A stretch of 64,000 nucleotides of DNA from Candidatus Hydrogenedentota bacterium (GCA_045863335.1 BTVY01000036.1:1-64000); one strand, 5' to 3'; numbered from the stretch's first letter, positions 9,048-19,127 are shown. The notes: generated from the sequence alone by a model not told the origin. Made by a program: numbers and translations.

Positions 9048-11534
9048 ATGACTTTTGCGATATCGCTTAGGGGCGCGTGCCTCCAAACCATCCTGGTAAT
9101 CGCTGCCCTGATTGTCATGGCAGGGTGCGACACGACGTATCGTGGCGCGCCCGATCGCCTCGTACTCGATCCGCACGCCGCCGGCGACGAACAGTGCGCC
9201 TTCCTGAATCAGCCACTTCCCAAACCATTTCGCGTTCTCGTAGAAGGCCCCGTCGAACCCGGCCTCCTTGGCGGCAAAGGAATGCGCCATCCGGTGGCGG
9301 GCGCCGACGTTGTTTTTCGCGTCGATACCCCAGAAACCGGCGCGGTTTTCGAAGAATCCAATGCGCCCGAAGTGACGGCCACGACCAATGCCGCAGGCAA
9401 TGCCTCCGCTCTACTGCGATTGGGCAACCAGACGGGCGACATCTTTGTCACTGCGTTCGTTGAAACTCCATCCGGCACCGAGGAAGTATCATTCCGCGCG
9501 ACGGCCGGTCTCGAAATCATCGGAGCTGGTCTCGAGGCCAGCACCGGCGGCACCATACCGGAAGTGGGTGTTCGATTGCAGGACGAGTCAGGCGAACCCG
9601 CAGTCGGCGTCCCGGTCTACTTCCGTGTGGACGGTAACGACCATGGCGCCGAGGTTGGCCAGGCACGGATTCTCACCGACGATAGCGGCCTTGCAACGAC
9701 GTCCTGGAAACTGGGCGACGTCACGCAACCTTATTTCGTATCCATGCAAGTCATGGACAACCGGCCCGGCGTCCCACCCGATGCCCGGTTTCGCAGCCGG
9801 GCAATCGTTATCAAAGCCATGGCGCTGGACAAGTCCGTCATGGGCATTACGCTCCTGGGCGGCTTGGCGATCTTCATTATTGGTATGCGCCTCATGTCCA
9901 ACGGCTTACAACGCATGGCGGACCGCCGGCTCAAGTCCATCCTTCAAGCCATGACGTACAACCGATTCCTCGCACTCCTCGCGGGGATGTTCCTCACCGC
10001 CCTGGTTCAATCGTCGAGCGCAACGACAGTCATGACCGTGGGGTTTGTCAATGCCGGACTCATCAATCTAACCCAGGCGATCGGCGTGGTGTTCGGAGCC
10101 AACATCGGCACGACCATCACAGCCCAGATCATCGCCTTCAAGCTGGACAGCCTCGCCTATCCGGCAATTGCCGTGGGTGCCGTCATGTCCGGCCTGGGCA
10201 AGCGACCAGTCATCCGGTATGGCGGTGAGACAATTTTGGGTTTCGGTCTCCTTTTCTTAGGCATGACAACCATGTCTGACACCCTCAAGCCGCTTAACTA
10301 CAGTCCCGGTTTCCAGGCCATGTTCCAATGGTTCGACTGCACCCCCCAAGGACCCGGAGGCATGGTCCCCTGGGGCGCCGCGCTCATGTGCATCGTCATC
10401 GGAACCTTGTGCACGATCGTCGTGCAGTCCAGCTCCGCAACCATCGGCCTGGTCCTCGCCTTGTCGAGTCAGGGCCTCATCTCGTTTTACACGGCCGTCC
10501 CATTGGTATTGGGCGATAATATCGGAACGACCATAACCGCGGTCCTGGCGTCGCTTGGAGCCAATCGAAATGCTAAACGCGCTGCCCTGGCCCATACCCT
10601 GTTCAATGTGTTCGGCGCTGCCTATATGTACGTGTTGCTGTTCGTACCTGTATGGAATGGCCAACCCATCTTCCTGGGTTTCGTCAACTCCGTCACCCCC
10701 GGCGACGCGTTCGCGGAGAACCCGGAAAATCTGGTCCGGCACGTTGCCAACGCGCATACGCTTTTCAACGTGTTCAACTGCATTCTATTCATCCCCTTCG
10801 TCACACAAATGGCCGCCGTGGTCCGCAAAGTAATTCCCATGGCACGGACCGATGAAGAAAGCGTGTTGGAATATCTGGAACCAACACTCCTCCAAACCCC
10901 ATCGCTGGCCCTCGCCCAAGCCGTGCAGGAGGTCGCCTACATGGTCCGCCTGAGCCGAAAGTCCATTAACGATGGCTGCGAGCTATTTTTTGGCGGCCCT
11001 TCCGAACTCGAACGCAAGGTCCTCAAGCGGGAAGACACCATCGACAAACTCCAGCACGAGATCACCGCGTATCTCGTGGAGCTCTCGCGACAACAACTCC
11101 CCGAAAATGAAGCGGAACTCATCCCGGCCCTGCTCCACGCTGTAAACGATGCCGAGCGAATCGGCGATCACTCCGAAGACTTGGTCGAACTAACGAAAGT
11201 CCGGAACGCCGGCCCTCATCCCATTTCCGACGCAGCGGTGATTGAAATCCGCAGCCTCCTCGCAAAATTGAACGAACAGTTCGACCTGACGCTACAGGCC
11301 TTGACCGAAGGGAATAAGGGTCTCGTGAGCAAAGCGAAAATCATCGAATCGGAGATCACCGAAATGCTGCGGCTCGCGTCTGACGCCCACATGGCCCGGC
11401 TCGAGAATCACCAATGCCAAGTCATGTCCGGCATCATCTTCCTGGACTTCCTGTCCAACCTCGAGCGCGTGGGCGACCATCTCCTGAACATCGTCAAGCG
11501 AGCGGACCGCGTCGTCGCGGTCACCGCCGCCTAA
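9048..11534 (+). CDS. Na+/Pi cotransporter (NptA/YjbB family) with N-terminal lipoprotein and Ig-like extension and C-terminal PhoU-like domain
   Basis: Two QSSS motifs, GANIGTT/GDNIGTT and a PhoU-like tail (ERIGDH, LERVGDH). The first ~260 aa are beta-rich, after MAGC. Confidence 0.85.
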   Translation: MTFAISLRGACLQTILVIAALIVMAGCDTTYRGAPDRLVLDPHAAGDEQCAFLNQPLPKPFRVLVEGPVEPGLLGGKGMRHPVAGADVVFRVDTPETGAVFEESNAPEVTATTNAAGNASALLRLGNQTGDIFVTAFVETPSGTEEVSFRATAGLEIIGAGLEASTGGTIPEVGVRLQDESGEPAVGVPVYFRVDGNDHGAEVGQARILTDDSGLATTSWKLGDVTQPYFVSMQVMDNRPGVPPDARFRSRAIVIKAMALDKSVMGITLLGGLAIFIIGMRLMSNGLQRMADRRLKSILQAMTYNRFLALLAGMFLTALVQSSSATTVMTVGFVNAGLINLTQAIGVVFGANIGTTITAQIIAFKLDSLAYPAIAVGAVMSGLGKRPVIRYGGETILGFGLLFLGMTTMSDTLKPLNYSPGFQAMFQWFDCTPQGPGGMVPWGAALMCIVIGTLCTIVVQSSSATIGLVLALSSQGLISFYTAVPLVLGDNIGTTITAVLASLGANRNAKRAALAHTLFNVFGAAYMYVLLFVPVWNGQPIFLGFVNSVTPGDAFAENPENLVRHVANAHTLFNVFNCILFIPFVTQMAAVVRKVIPMARTDEESVLEYLEPTLLQTPSLALAQAVQEVAYMVRLSRKSINDGCELFFGGPSELERKVLKREDTIDKLQHEITAYLVELSRQQLPENEAELIPALLHAVNDAERIGDHSEDLVELTKVRNAGPHPISDAAVIEIRSLLAKLNEQFDLTLQALTEGNKGLVSKAKIIESEITEMLRLASDAHMARLENHQCQVMSGIIFLDFLSNLERVGDHLLNIVKRADRVVAVTAA

Positions 11535-11539
11535 CCCGC

Positions 11540-12688
11540 CTACCGCAGGGCCGGAACGCCCGGTACAGGCGTACCCGGGATCGCGGTGCGGTCCGTAATG
11601 GGGACAAGTGGGGGAGGCGTGAACGTCGATTCCACGTTTGGGTTCCCGAAGAGTTCGTCATACCATTCCAGCCACCGTTCACCTTCCAGACCATCCGGCA
11701 TGCCCGTGATCAACTCCAACGCGTCGATGGCCGGTTGCACGAAACCCGACCGTTCCCGCACGAGACCGATCAAGAAGTGGACGGTCGATTCATCACCAAC
11801 GAGGCCCAGGAATCGAACGACCTCGCGCCGTACGCGCCGGTCCGGTTCTCCATTCACAGATGCCGCGGCTGTGAGCAGCCCGAGCGCTTCCGGGCCGCCA
11901 ATGCGCGCAATCCCGTAGTATGCCGGGAGCCTCACGTTGGGGTCCGTGTGTTGGACGAGCCGTGCCAGGGCATGGAGGGACCCCGGATCGTCAATTGATG
12001 CCAAGGCATTTGCCGCATAGGACGCTACAAGTGAGTCATCTCCTAAAGCCAGTTCGGTCAGGGATTCCAAGGATCGCCTGCTACCCAGACGCCCCAATCC
12101 GTAGGCCAAGGCAACGCGCTCGTCTCGCGTCCGATCTGGCAAATCCAACATGCGGAGCATCCCAGATTCCAGCACGGAGCGCAAACTGGGAAGCGCCGCA
12201 TCCACCCCGGCGACCACCGCAGGCTCGCCCCAGGCCAACACGGCAACCACCGCTTCCGTCACCGCCTCGCTGTCCAGTCGCGGCAAGGTCTGCATTGCGC
12301 GCTCCCGAACCCCCTCGTTCGGGTCCGCCAGGCTGTATATGACAAATGGAACCAGTTCCGGCGCCGGCACACGCGATACCCCCTCCAACGCCCGAACCCG
12401 AGTCCCGGGATCGGCCGACAGCGCCATCGCCATCAGCGGGGTCTGCGCGCCTTCTCGCGAAGGGGAGAGCGGGGTCCAGAGCAAACGGTCGCGCCTTTCC
12501 GACACAACCGCTTCTTCACTCAATTGGCCTTCCCGGTCATCCTGCGCGGAATCGACCACTTCTTGAGACTCATTCACAAGTGCTGCCACCTTACCGGGCG
12601 TGAGCGTGGCAGCCATCATGGCAGCAAGCAGGCTGCACTCGACGAACGTGCGGCTGATTCGGGTCGACTTAACCTTCTCATTTATCAT
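11540..12688 (-). CDS. HEAT-repeat protein with probable signal peptide
   Basis: Repeated 'DPNxxVR..A..AL' units. Start codon uncertain. Confidence 0.7.
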   Translation of the reverse strand: MINEKVKSTRISRTFVECSLLAAMMAATLTPGKVAALVNESQEVVDSAQDDREGQLSEEAVVSERRDRLLWTPLSPSREGAQTPLMAMALSADPGTRVRALEGVSRVPAPELVPFVIYSLADPNEGVRERAMQTLPRLDSEAVTEAVVAVLAWGEPAVVAGVDAALPSLRSVLESGMLRMLDLPDRTRDERVALAYGLGRLGSRRSLESLTELALGDDSLVASYAANALASIDDPGSLHALARLVQHTDPNVRLPAYYGIARIGGPEALGLLTAAASVNGEPDRRVRREVVRFLGLVGDESTVHFLIGLVRERSGFVQPAIDALELITGMPDGLEGERWLEWYDELFGNPNVESTFTPPPLVPITDRTAIPGTPVPGVPALR

Positions 12689-12814
12689 AATTTGTCGAAC
12701 TCCTGGCGCAATTCTCACCCGATTGCCCCTTTTGGATCAAACTTTTCTTCAGCCTGGAATAAACCATATACAGTCAATGTTTGACAGGGTGTCTACAAAG
12801 GGGGATCCTTCCCC

Positions 12815-12912
12815 CAGGTTCCCCTGAGTGGACACAGTCAGAAATGGCTGGTTCCCACCATCGGCGAGTGCGTCAAGGCAGTTCCCCCGCTGCCCGCACT
12901 CGCCCCTTTTTT
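12815..12912 (+). ncRNA. Candidate small RNA with GAAA-tetraloop hairpin and intrinsic terminator
   Basis: TTGACA at 12781, hairpin cagtca-gaaa-tggctg, long hairpin ggcgagtgcg...cgcactcgcc followed by a T tract, and repeated TTCCC motifs. Confidence 0.4.
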
Positions 12913-12997
12913 ATCACTTCGCTTAATATTCCCCGATGCGGGTTCTGGCCTCCAATAATCACCTCAACCTATTCTACACCAATAAGTTATGACAGTA

Positions 12998-13026
12998 TTG
13001 ACTTTCTAGTTTCAAATCCGTATACT
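12998..13026 (+). promoter_or_regulatory. Sigma70 promoter
   Basis: TTGACT-N17-TATACT. Confidence 0.75.
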
Positions 13027-13209
13027 AACGCGACGAGCGGCTGATGTCCGCTACACCGAACACGCCAATGATCGGGCACGATACCTCGCGCCACCGGAGC
13101 ATGAAACTCTCGTCGAGTTGCCTGGAAACAGGACGGCACTACAGCCCCGGGTAATGACCGGCGAACGAGTTGGAACAGCGTTAGGGCGTGCCCCTACTAG
13201 GAGAAAGTA

Positions 13210-14187
13210 ATGGCTCTACGATTGTCTGTGGCGCTTGATATGTTCACCGGTTCCCCGGATCGGTATTGTCCGGATGGGTACCGCGACCCGTTGCGTATCC
13301 AGGAACGCCTTTCGATCGCCTCTAAGATCAAAGGGATCAAAGCGGTCGAAGTCTCTCAGAGCGACATTTCCCAAGAGTTCCCCGTGAAGGAGTTGAAACG
13401 CCTTCTCAAAGAGTACTCTTTACAGTGCTCGGGGGTTTCCGCAAATTTGGCGCAGGATCGCCGTTATGCGCTTGGTGCCTTTGGCCATCAGCACCCCAAG
13501 ACCCGCAACGCCGCCATCGACGAAGGCAGAAAAGCCGTCGATATCGCCCGCCAAGTCGGCGCCACCGAAATCACTTTAAAACTATTCAGCGACGGGTTTG
13601 ACTACCCCTTCCACATCGACTATACGACCCACTGGAACACGCTGATTTCGTCCATCAAGACCATCGCAAAGTATGCGTCACCAGATATCAACGTGGCCAT
13701 CGCGTACAAATGCCGCGAACCGCGCAAGTTCCTCACCGTGGCAACCGTGGGCAAGGCCCTCTCCTTGTGCCAGGAAATCGCCATGAAAAACGTGGGGGTC
13801 GGGCTTAATTTCTCTCACGCCATGATGTCCGGCGAGAACCCGGCCGAATCGATTGCCTTCCTCACGCGGTCGAACAAGCTCTTCCAGGTGTACTTCAGCG
13901 ACAACTACCGCTTGTGGGACGACATGATGCTCCCCGGCAGCGTGCACATGTGGGAGCTGATGGAAGCCCTGTTCTACCTCAAGACGAGCAAGTACAAAGG
14001 ATTCTGCACCATCGACGTGATGCCCCAGCGGATCGATCCGGCGCAAGCCTGCCAGATTGCCATCGGCAACCTCTCGATCTTCTGGAAGAAACTGGATAAG
14101 CTGGATAACACGGAATTACGGAAGGCCCAGAAGACGTTAGATGCAGTGGAAAGTCAAAAGATTATTCGCCGCGTCATGCTTCAATAA
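13210..14187 (+). CDS. Xylose-isomerase-like TIM-barrel protein, metal ligands apparently degenerate
   Basis: DGFDYPF, YKCREPR, GENPAES and DDMMLPGSVH motifs. RBS AGGAG. Confidence 0.8.
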   Translation: MALRLSVALDMFTGSPDRYCPDGYRDPLRIQERLSIASKIKGIKAVEVSQSDISQEFPVKELKRLLKEYSLQCSGVSANLAQDRRYALGAFGHQHPKTRNAAIDEGRKAVDIARQVGATEITLKLFSDGFDYPFHIDYTTHWNTLISSIKTIAKYASPDINVAIAYKCREPRKFLTVATVGKALSLCQEIAMKNVGVGLNFSHAMMSGENPAESIAFLTRSNKLFQVYFSDNYRLWDDMMLPGSVHMWELMEALFYLKTSKYKGFCTIDVMPQRIDPAQACQIAIGNLSIFWKKLDKLDNTELRKAQKTLDAVESQKIIRRVMLQ

Positions 14188-14227
14188 TGGGTCCATTGCG
14201 ATCAAATACAATCGACGAACACAAGCC

Positions 14228-14270
14228 CGCACCGGGATCACCGACAGGTAATTCCGGTGCGTTTCTTTTT
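14228..14270 (+). terminator. Intrinsic terminator-like hairpin between the TIM-barrel gene and hflX
   Basis: cgcaccgg...ccggtgcg followed by tttcttttt. Confidence 0.6.
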
Positions 14271-14281
14271 GGAGGACGCCC

Positions 14282-15937
14282 ATTCGCATCGTAGGAAATA
14301 CGCACGGGCTCAAAGCGTCCGAGCATAAGCGCCTGCAAAAGCTCGCCAACCGAAGAATTCCGGCAGACCGTATCGTCAGCCCCGAATTTGCCCGCACCCT
14401 GACTGAACTCTCCCGCGAGATTCAGCGCCAAGTCGGCGTTCTTGTCGACCGGCGGGGACATATCAAGGTCGTCATGGTCGGCGACGCGCGGTCCGTGTTC
14501 ATCCCCGATCTGAGCGCCTATCGCCGCGGCATGGACCGGTTGGCAGGATTGCGCCTCGTGCATACACACCTTCATGGGGAATCGCTCACCGACGACGACC
14601 TGACGGACCTGGCCCTCCTAAGGCTCGACATGGTCGCCGCCATCGAGGCTCTGGAGGACGGATTGCCCGGTGCCGTGCATGCCGGCCACCTGCTCCCCGC
14701 GAATGACGACGAGCTTCCTTGGTCGGTAGAATCGACCCCAAGCGTTCACGCGCTCTCCGACGACTTTCTCGAAACAATTGAGGCGCTCGAAGCAGAGTTT
14801 TCCCGGCTGCGTAAACCGCGTCGGGCGGGAGACACGCGGGACCGCGCCATCCTCGTACACGTGTCAACGTCGCCCCCCTCAGTTGCCGAAGATTCCATGG
14901 CCGAGTTACGCGAATTGGCGCGCAGTGCGGGAATTGACGTCGTACACGAAGCGATTCAGCGCCGTCCCGTTGATCCCCGGTACGTCATAGGAAGAGGCCG
15001 CCTCCAGACGATCCTGATTAAGGCCATGCAGCTCGGCGCCGAAGTGTTGGTGTTCGATCAGAACCTGGCCCCCGCACAGGTGAACAGCCTCGCCGCCTTT
15101 ACCGATCTTAAGATTCTGGACCGCACGCAGGTCATCCTCGACATCTTTGCGCAACGCGCGGTCACCCGCGAAGGCAAGATCCAGGTGGAACTGGCCCAGC
15201 TCCGCTATCTGCTGCCGCGGCTTGGCGCCAAACAAACCGCAAGCGCGTTTTCACGGCTTACCGGCGGCATCGGCGGCCGCGGCCCCGGCGAAACAAAGCT
15301 CGAGATCGATCGGCGCCGCGCCCAAGACCGGATCGCCTCCCTGGAACGCGAAATCAAGAAACTGGGGGAGCGCCGTCGACTGCGCCGCTCCGCGCGGACG
15401 CAGAAATCCGTCCCCACGGTATCCATCGTGGGCTACACCAACGCGGGGAAGTCGACGCTCCTCAACCATCTCACGAATAGCCAGGTCGTCGCGGAGAACG
15501 CACTCTTTGCAACCTTGAACCCGGTATCCCGGAGACTCCGCTTTCCCGAGGAACGAGAAGTCATTATCACCGACACCGTCGGGTTCATCCGCCATCTCCC
15601 CGAAGAACTCATGGCGGCGTTCCGCACCACGCTTGAAGAACTCGACGACGCTGATGTATTGGTTCACGTGCTCGACGCGTCCAGCCCCCACCTGGAAGAC
15701 GAGAACCGCACCGTTGAAGCGATTCTGACCGAACTGGGCCTCGACCAGAAACCGCGAATCCTCGTGCTCAATAAGACCGACATGTGTGACGCGGAAGTCC
15801 TCGCGGGGCTATGCCACCAATTCGATGGCGTCCCCCTCTGCGCGCTGAACCGATCCACGTTTGCGCCACTGATCGCGCGAATTGAAAAGCTGCTCTGGGC
15901 CGAGATCGCGCCGAGACTTACTGCTGTGGAATCCTAA
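14282..15937 (+). CDS. hflX: GTPase HflX, long form, probable ATT start
   Basis: GYTNAGKST, DTVGF, NKTD and GIGGRGPGETKLE. The frame extends upstream to an ATT 6 nt after GGAGG (IRIVGNTHGLK...). Confidence 0.88.
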   Translation: MRIVGNTHGLKASEHKRLQKLANRRIPADRIVSPEFARTLTELSREIQRQVGVLVDRRGHIKVVMVGDARSVFIPDLSAYRRGMDRLAGLRLVHTHLHGESLTDDDLTDLALLRLDMVAAIEALEDGLPGAVHAGHLLPANDDELPWSVESTPSVHALSDDFLETIEALEAEFSRLRKPRRAGDTRDRAILVHVSTSPPSVAEDSMAELRELARSAGIDVVHEAIQRRPVDPRYVIGRGRLQTILIKAMQLGAEVLVFDQNLAPAQVNSLAAFTDLKILDRTQVILDIFAQRAVTREGKIQVELAQLRYLLPRLGAKQTASAFSRLTGGIGGRGPGETKLEIDRRRAQDRIASLEREIKKLGERRRLRRSARTQKSVPTVSIVGYTNAGKSTLLNHLTNSQVVAENALFATLNPVSRRLRFPEEREVIITDTVGFIRHLPEELMAAFRTTLEELDDADVLVHVLDASSPHLEDENRTVEAILTELGLDQKPRILVLNKTDMCDAEVLAGLCHQFDGVPLCALNRSTFAPLIARIEKLLWAEIAPRLTAVES

Positions 15938-16017
15938 CCGCTGTTGGAGTACCATCGTCACCGTGTTCCTAGCGTCAACCCGAAACCCCAAACATAGGAC
16001 CAGAACCTAACCCCGCT

Positions 16018-17052
16018 ATGCGCCTATTCCTAGTCACCGAAATCGCTCTCGTCATCATGTTTGCCGGCTTCGCCGCTCGGAGCCAAGAATCTGTGTCCGA
16101 CCAGGCAAGGTCGCTACTCGAACAGGCCCATGCCGAACAGGCCGCCGCCATGGACGCCGCGCGACAGGGCGATCAGGCAGCTTATCAACGACACTCCAAC
16201 CAGGCCGACGACTTCATGGCGCAAGTGCGGAGCCTCTTCGAAAAGGCGCATATCGACGACTCGAGCAATCCGGACGATTTGGCAGTTTATGCCGGATATC
16301 GCAAGGAGTTGGGCGACTACGATCTTGCGGAACGGGCGCTTATCCGAGCGTTGAGCCTTTCGCCGGACCGCGCAGATCTGTGGTTTGCGCTGGGCGAACT
16401 TCAAGCGCTGCTCGGAACCGACGGGGAAGCCCGCGCGATCAAATCCCTTCGAAAAACAACCGCACTCGACCAAAACCCCGAATTAACCGCCAAAGCCCAC
16501 GCAGCGCTCGGTGCCGTGTTTCTTCAACAGGGGCTCTTCGATTTCGCACGCACGGAACTCGAAGCCGCAGTCGATGCCGACTCCGGTCACGTTGGGGCTC
16601 GCATTGCGTTGGCCTCACTCGACGTGCGGGATGGGGCGATCGGAAAAGCATCGGAAAGCCTGGACGCCCTGGGGGAAATCGGGCCAGAGTATATGGCGCT
16701 CATGCAGCGTACCATCGAAAAAGCGCTGTTCGACTTCGGTGAGTCCAGACGTTGGATGGAAGATACTGCGGATAATCACCTCGCGTATGCCAAGCTGCTC
16801 GTCCGCGCCGGGCGTCCCGGGGATAGCCTCTTGCCTCTGGAGCGCGCCGCCGAACTCGATCCGGATAACTACGTAACCTGGAACCTGCTGGGATCGATGT
16901 ACCGTGGCTTCGACCGCATCGAGGACGCACGCAAAGCCTTTGCCCGGTCCCTGGAACTCAACCCGGACCAGCCACGGACACGCAGCGCGATGGAAGAGTT
17001 GGACGCGGCCGCGGCGCCTAAAGTGCCGCTTGCACCACTGGCTCCTCAATAG
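16018..17052 (+). CDS. Exported TPR-repeat protein
   Basis: Signal peptide and TPR units (ALSLSPD, AAELDPDN, SLELNPD). Confidence 0.8.
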   Translation: MRLFLVTEIALVIMFAGFAARSQESVSDQARSLLEQAHAEQAAAMDAARQGDQAAYQRHSNQADDFMAQVRSLFEKAHIDDSSNPDDLAVYAGYRKELGDYDLAERALIRALSLSPDRADLWFALGELQALLGTDGEARAIKSLRKTTALDQNPELTAKAHAALGAVFLQQGLFDFARTELEAAVDADSGHVGARIALASLDVRDGAIGKASESLDALGEIGPEYMALMQRTIEKALFDFGESRRWMEDTADNHLAYAKLLVRAGRPGDSLLPLERAAELDPDNYVTWNLLGSMYRGFDRIEDARKAFARSLELNPDQPRTRSAMEELDAAAAPKVPLAPLAPQ

Positions 17053-17261
17053 CGGGTATTTTCTTACGGGGTGAATCAGTAGATATGGGGGAGATGCCGG
17101 CCGGTTTCAGCTATCTAACGCTTTTAATCCTAAGCGCTAAGGCGTACCCAAGATTATACTTGACTTAATGAATCCTTTTTGTAATAATTCCGTTCGATTC
17201 TGACCTTCGCAACATCGTTTATCTCCGCGCCTGATCGGCGCTTAGTGGAATTGCCCTGATA

Positions 17262-19079
17262 ATGCTCGACTTCGTCCAAAATACTTGGCAGGCTTGGTTT
17301 ACTGTATTGACCTTGCTCGCGGTCCTTGCCGGACTTATTCGCAATCTTCCGCCCGACGCAGTCCTCCTTGGCGGTACGGTCCTGCTCACGTTGACCGGCA
17401 TCATAACCCCAGTGCAGGCGTTTTCGGGATTCTCGAACGAGGGTATGCTGACGGTCGCCGCTTTGTTTGTGGTCGCCGCCGCACTGCGGGAGACGGGCGC
17501 ACTAGACACGATTGGCGGACTCGTCCTCGGCCGAGCGCGAACCGAACGGGGTGTCCTGATCCGGCTCGCGGGCAGCGTGACCGGCATGTCAGCTTTCCTG
17601 AATAACACGCCCATCGTGGCCATGTTCATCCCGATCATCACCCGGTGGTGCGCCAAGAATGGCTTATCACCGTCGCGCCTGCTCATACCCCTTTCGTACC
17701 TGACGATACTGGGAGGCACCTGCACCCTCATCGGCACCAGCACCAACCTCGTGGTAAGTGGGTTGCTCCGGCGCGAAATGGACTTGGACCCGGGGCACAG
17801 CCCCAACCTGTCGCCCATCGGGCTCTTCGAGATGAGCTGGGTAGGCGTACCCTACGCGATCATCGGCATTCTGTACCTATACTTCATTGGTTACCGCCTC
17901 ATCCCCGACCGAAAAGACTTCATTGAGAAAATGGCGCAGACAGCACGCGAGTATCTGGTGGACCTGCGCGTAGAGCCGGGCTGCTCACTGGTTGGCAAGA
18001 CCGTCGAGGCAGCAGGACTTCGACGTCTGCGCGGACTCTTCCTCATCGAGATTCTTCGCAGCGAAGAGGTCATTTCGCCGGTCCGCCCGGACCGCACCCT
18101 CGCCGAAGGCGATGTTCTTACCTTTACGGGGGAAGTGAACACCATCATCGACCTCGAGCGCGTTCAAGGTCTCGTTCCCATTGCGGACGACGGGTATGAA
18201 GCGCATTCGCTGAAACAGCGTGGGCGAATGCTCAGCGAAGCGGTCGTGTCCGCCACCTCGCCCGTTGTCGGCAAGACAATTCGCGATTCGGACTTTCGCG
18301 CGCGGTACAACGCTGCGGTCGTCGCCGTGCACCGCGGAGGGGAACGCCTCCACGGCAGAGTGGGGGATATCGTCCTCCGCGCCGGCGATACCTTGTTGCT
18401 GCAGACCGGACCGCACTTCCTCGGCGTACATCGCAACGATCCGGATTTCTACCTCGTCAGCGGCATCGAGGATTCCCGGCCCATTCGTCATGAAAAGGCG
18501 GGGCTTTCTATCGGCTTGTTGGCCGTTCTGATCGTGCTGATGGCCACGGGCTATGTCAGCATCGTGGTCGCGGCATTCGTCATCGCGGGTCTCATGGTCG
18601 CCACGCGCTGCATTTCCATGGGAGACGCGCGGCAGAGCCTGGACTGGCAGACCCTGGTAACCATCGGCGCGTCGTTTGGACTGGGCGAAGCGCTCAGAAC
18701 TTCGGGCGTTGTGACAGAAGTGGCCGGGTTTCTTGTTGGGAATTTCGGCGCATGGGGGCCTTACGCCCTGCTCGCAGCCATTTACCTGCTGACCAGCATT
18801 ATCACGGAGGCTGTCACGAACAACGCCGCCGCCGTACTCATGTTTCCCTTCGCCGTGGCCATTGCAGAACAATACGGCGTGAATCCCAGGCCATTCGTCA
18901 TGGCGGTCATGTTCGCGGCATCGGCGAGCTTCATGTCGCCCATCGGGTATCAAACCAATCTCATGGTATACGGCCCCGGCGGTTACCGCTTCACGGACTT
19001 CCTCCGCGTAGGACTCCCCCTCGAACTCATTCTCTGGATCTCGGCAGTCATCTTGATTCCGATCATGTGGCCCTTCTAA
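17262..19079 (+). CDS. SLC13/CitMHS-family permease with two TrkA-C (RCK_C) domains
   Basis: SAFLNNTP, LGGTCTLIGTSTN and SPIGYQTNLMVYGPGGY. Confidence 0.9.
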   Translation: MLDFVQNTWQAWFTVLTLLAVLAGLIRNLPPDAVLLGGTVLLTLTGIITPVQAFSGFSNEGMLTVAALFVVAAALRETGALDTIGGLVLGRARTERGVLIRLAGSVTGMSAFLNNTPIVAMFIPIITRWCAKNGLSPSRLLIPLSYLTILGGTCTLIGTSTNLVVSGLLRREMDLDPGHSPNLSPIGLFEMSWVGVPYAIIGILYLYFIGYRLIPDRKDFIEKMAQTAREYLVDLRVEPGCSLVGKTVEAAGLRRLRGLFLIEILRSEEVISPVRPDRTLAEGDVLTFTGEVNTIIDLERVQGLVPIADDGYEAHSLKQRGRMLSEAVVSATSPVVGKTIRDSDFRARYNAAVVAVHRGGERLHGRVGDIVLRAGDTLLLQTGPHFLGVHRNDPDFYLVSGIEDSRPIRHEKAGLSIGLLAVLIVLMATGYVSIVVAAFVIAGLMVATRCISMGDARQSLDWQTLVTIGASFGLGEALRTSGVVTEVAGFLVGNFGAWGPYALLAAIYLLTSIITEAVTNNAAAVLMFPFAVAIAEQYGVNPRPFVMAVMFAASASFMSPIGYQTNLMVYGPGGYRFTDFLRVGLPLELILWISAVILIPIMWPF

Positions 19080-19127
19080 GCCGCGCGGCATTGGCACGGC
19101 GGTTCCTCGCTCGGCTCGGGCGTTCGG

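Noticed and set aside
13031-13115. Hammerhead ribozyme in the leader (CTGATG...GAAAC)
   Set aside because: The core reads CUGAUGU rather than CUGANGA and lies inside a closed hairpin loop, so the stem geometry does not fit.
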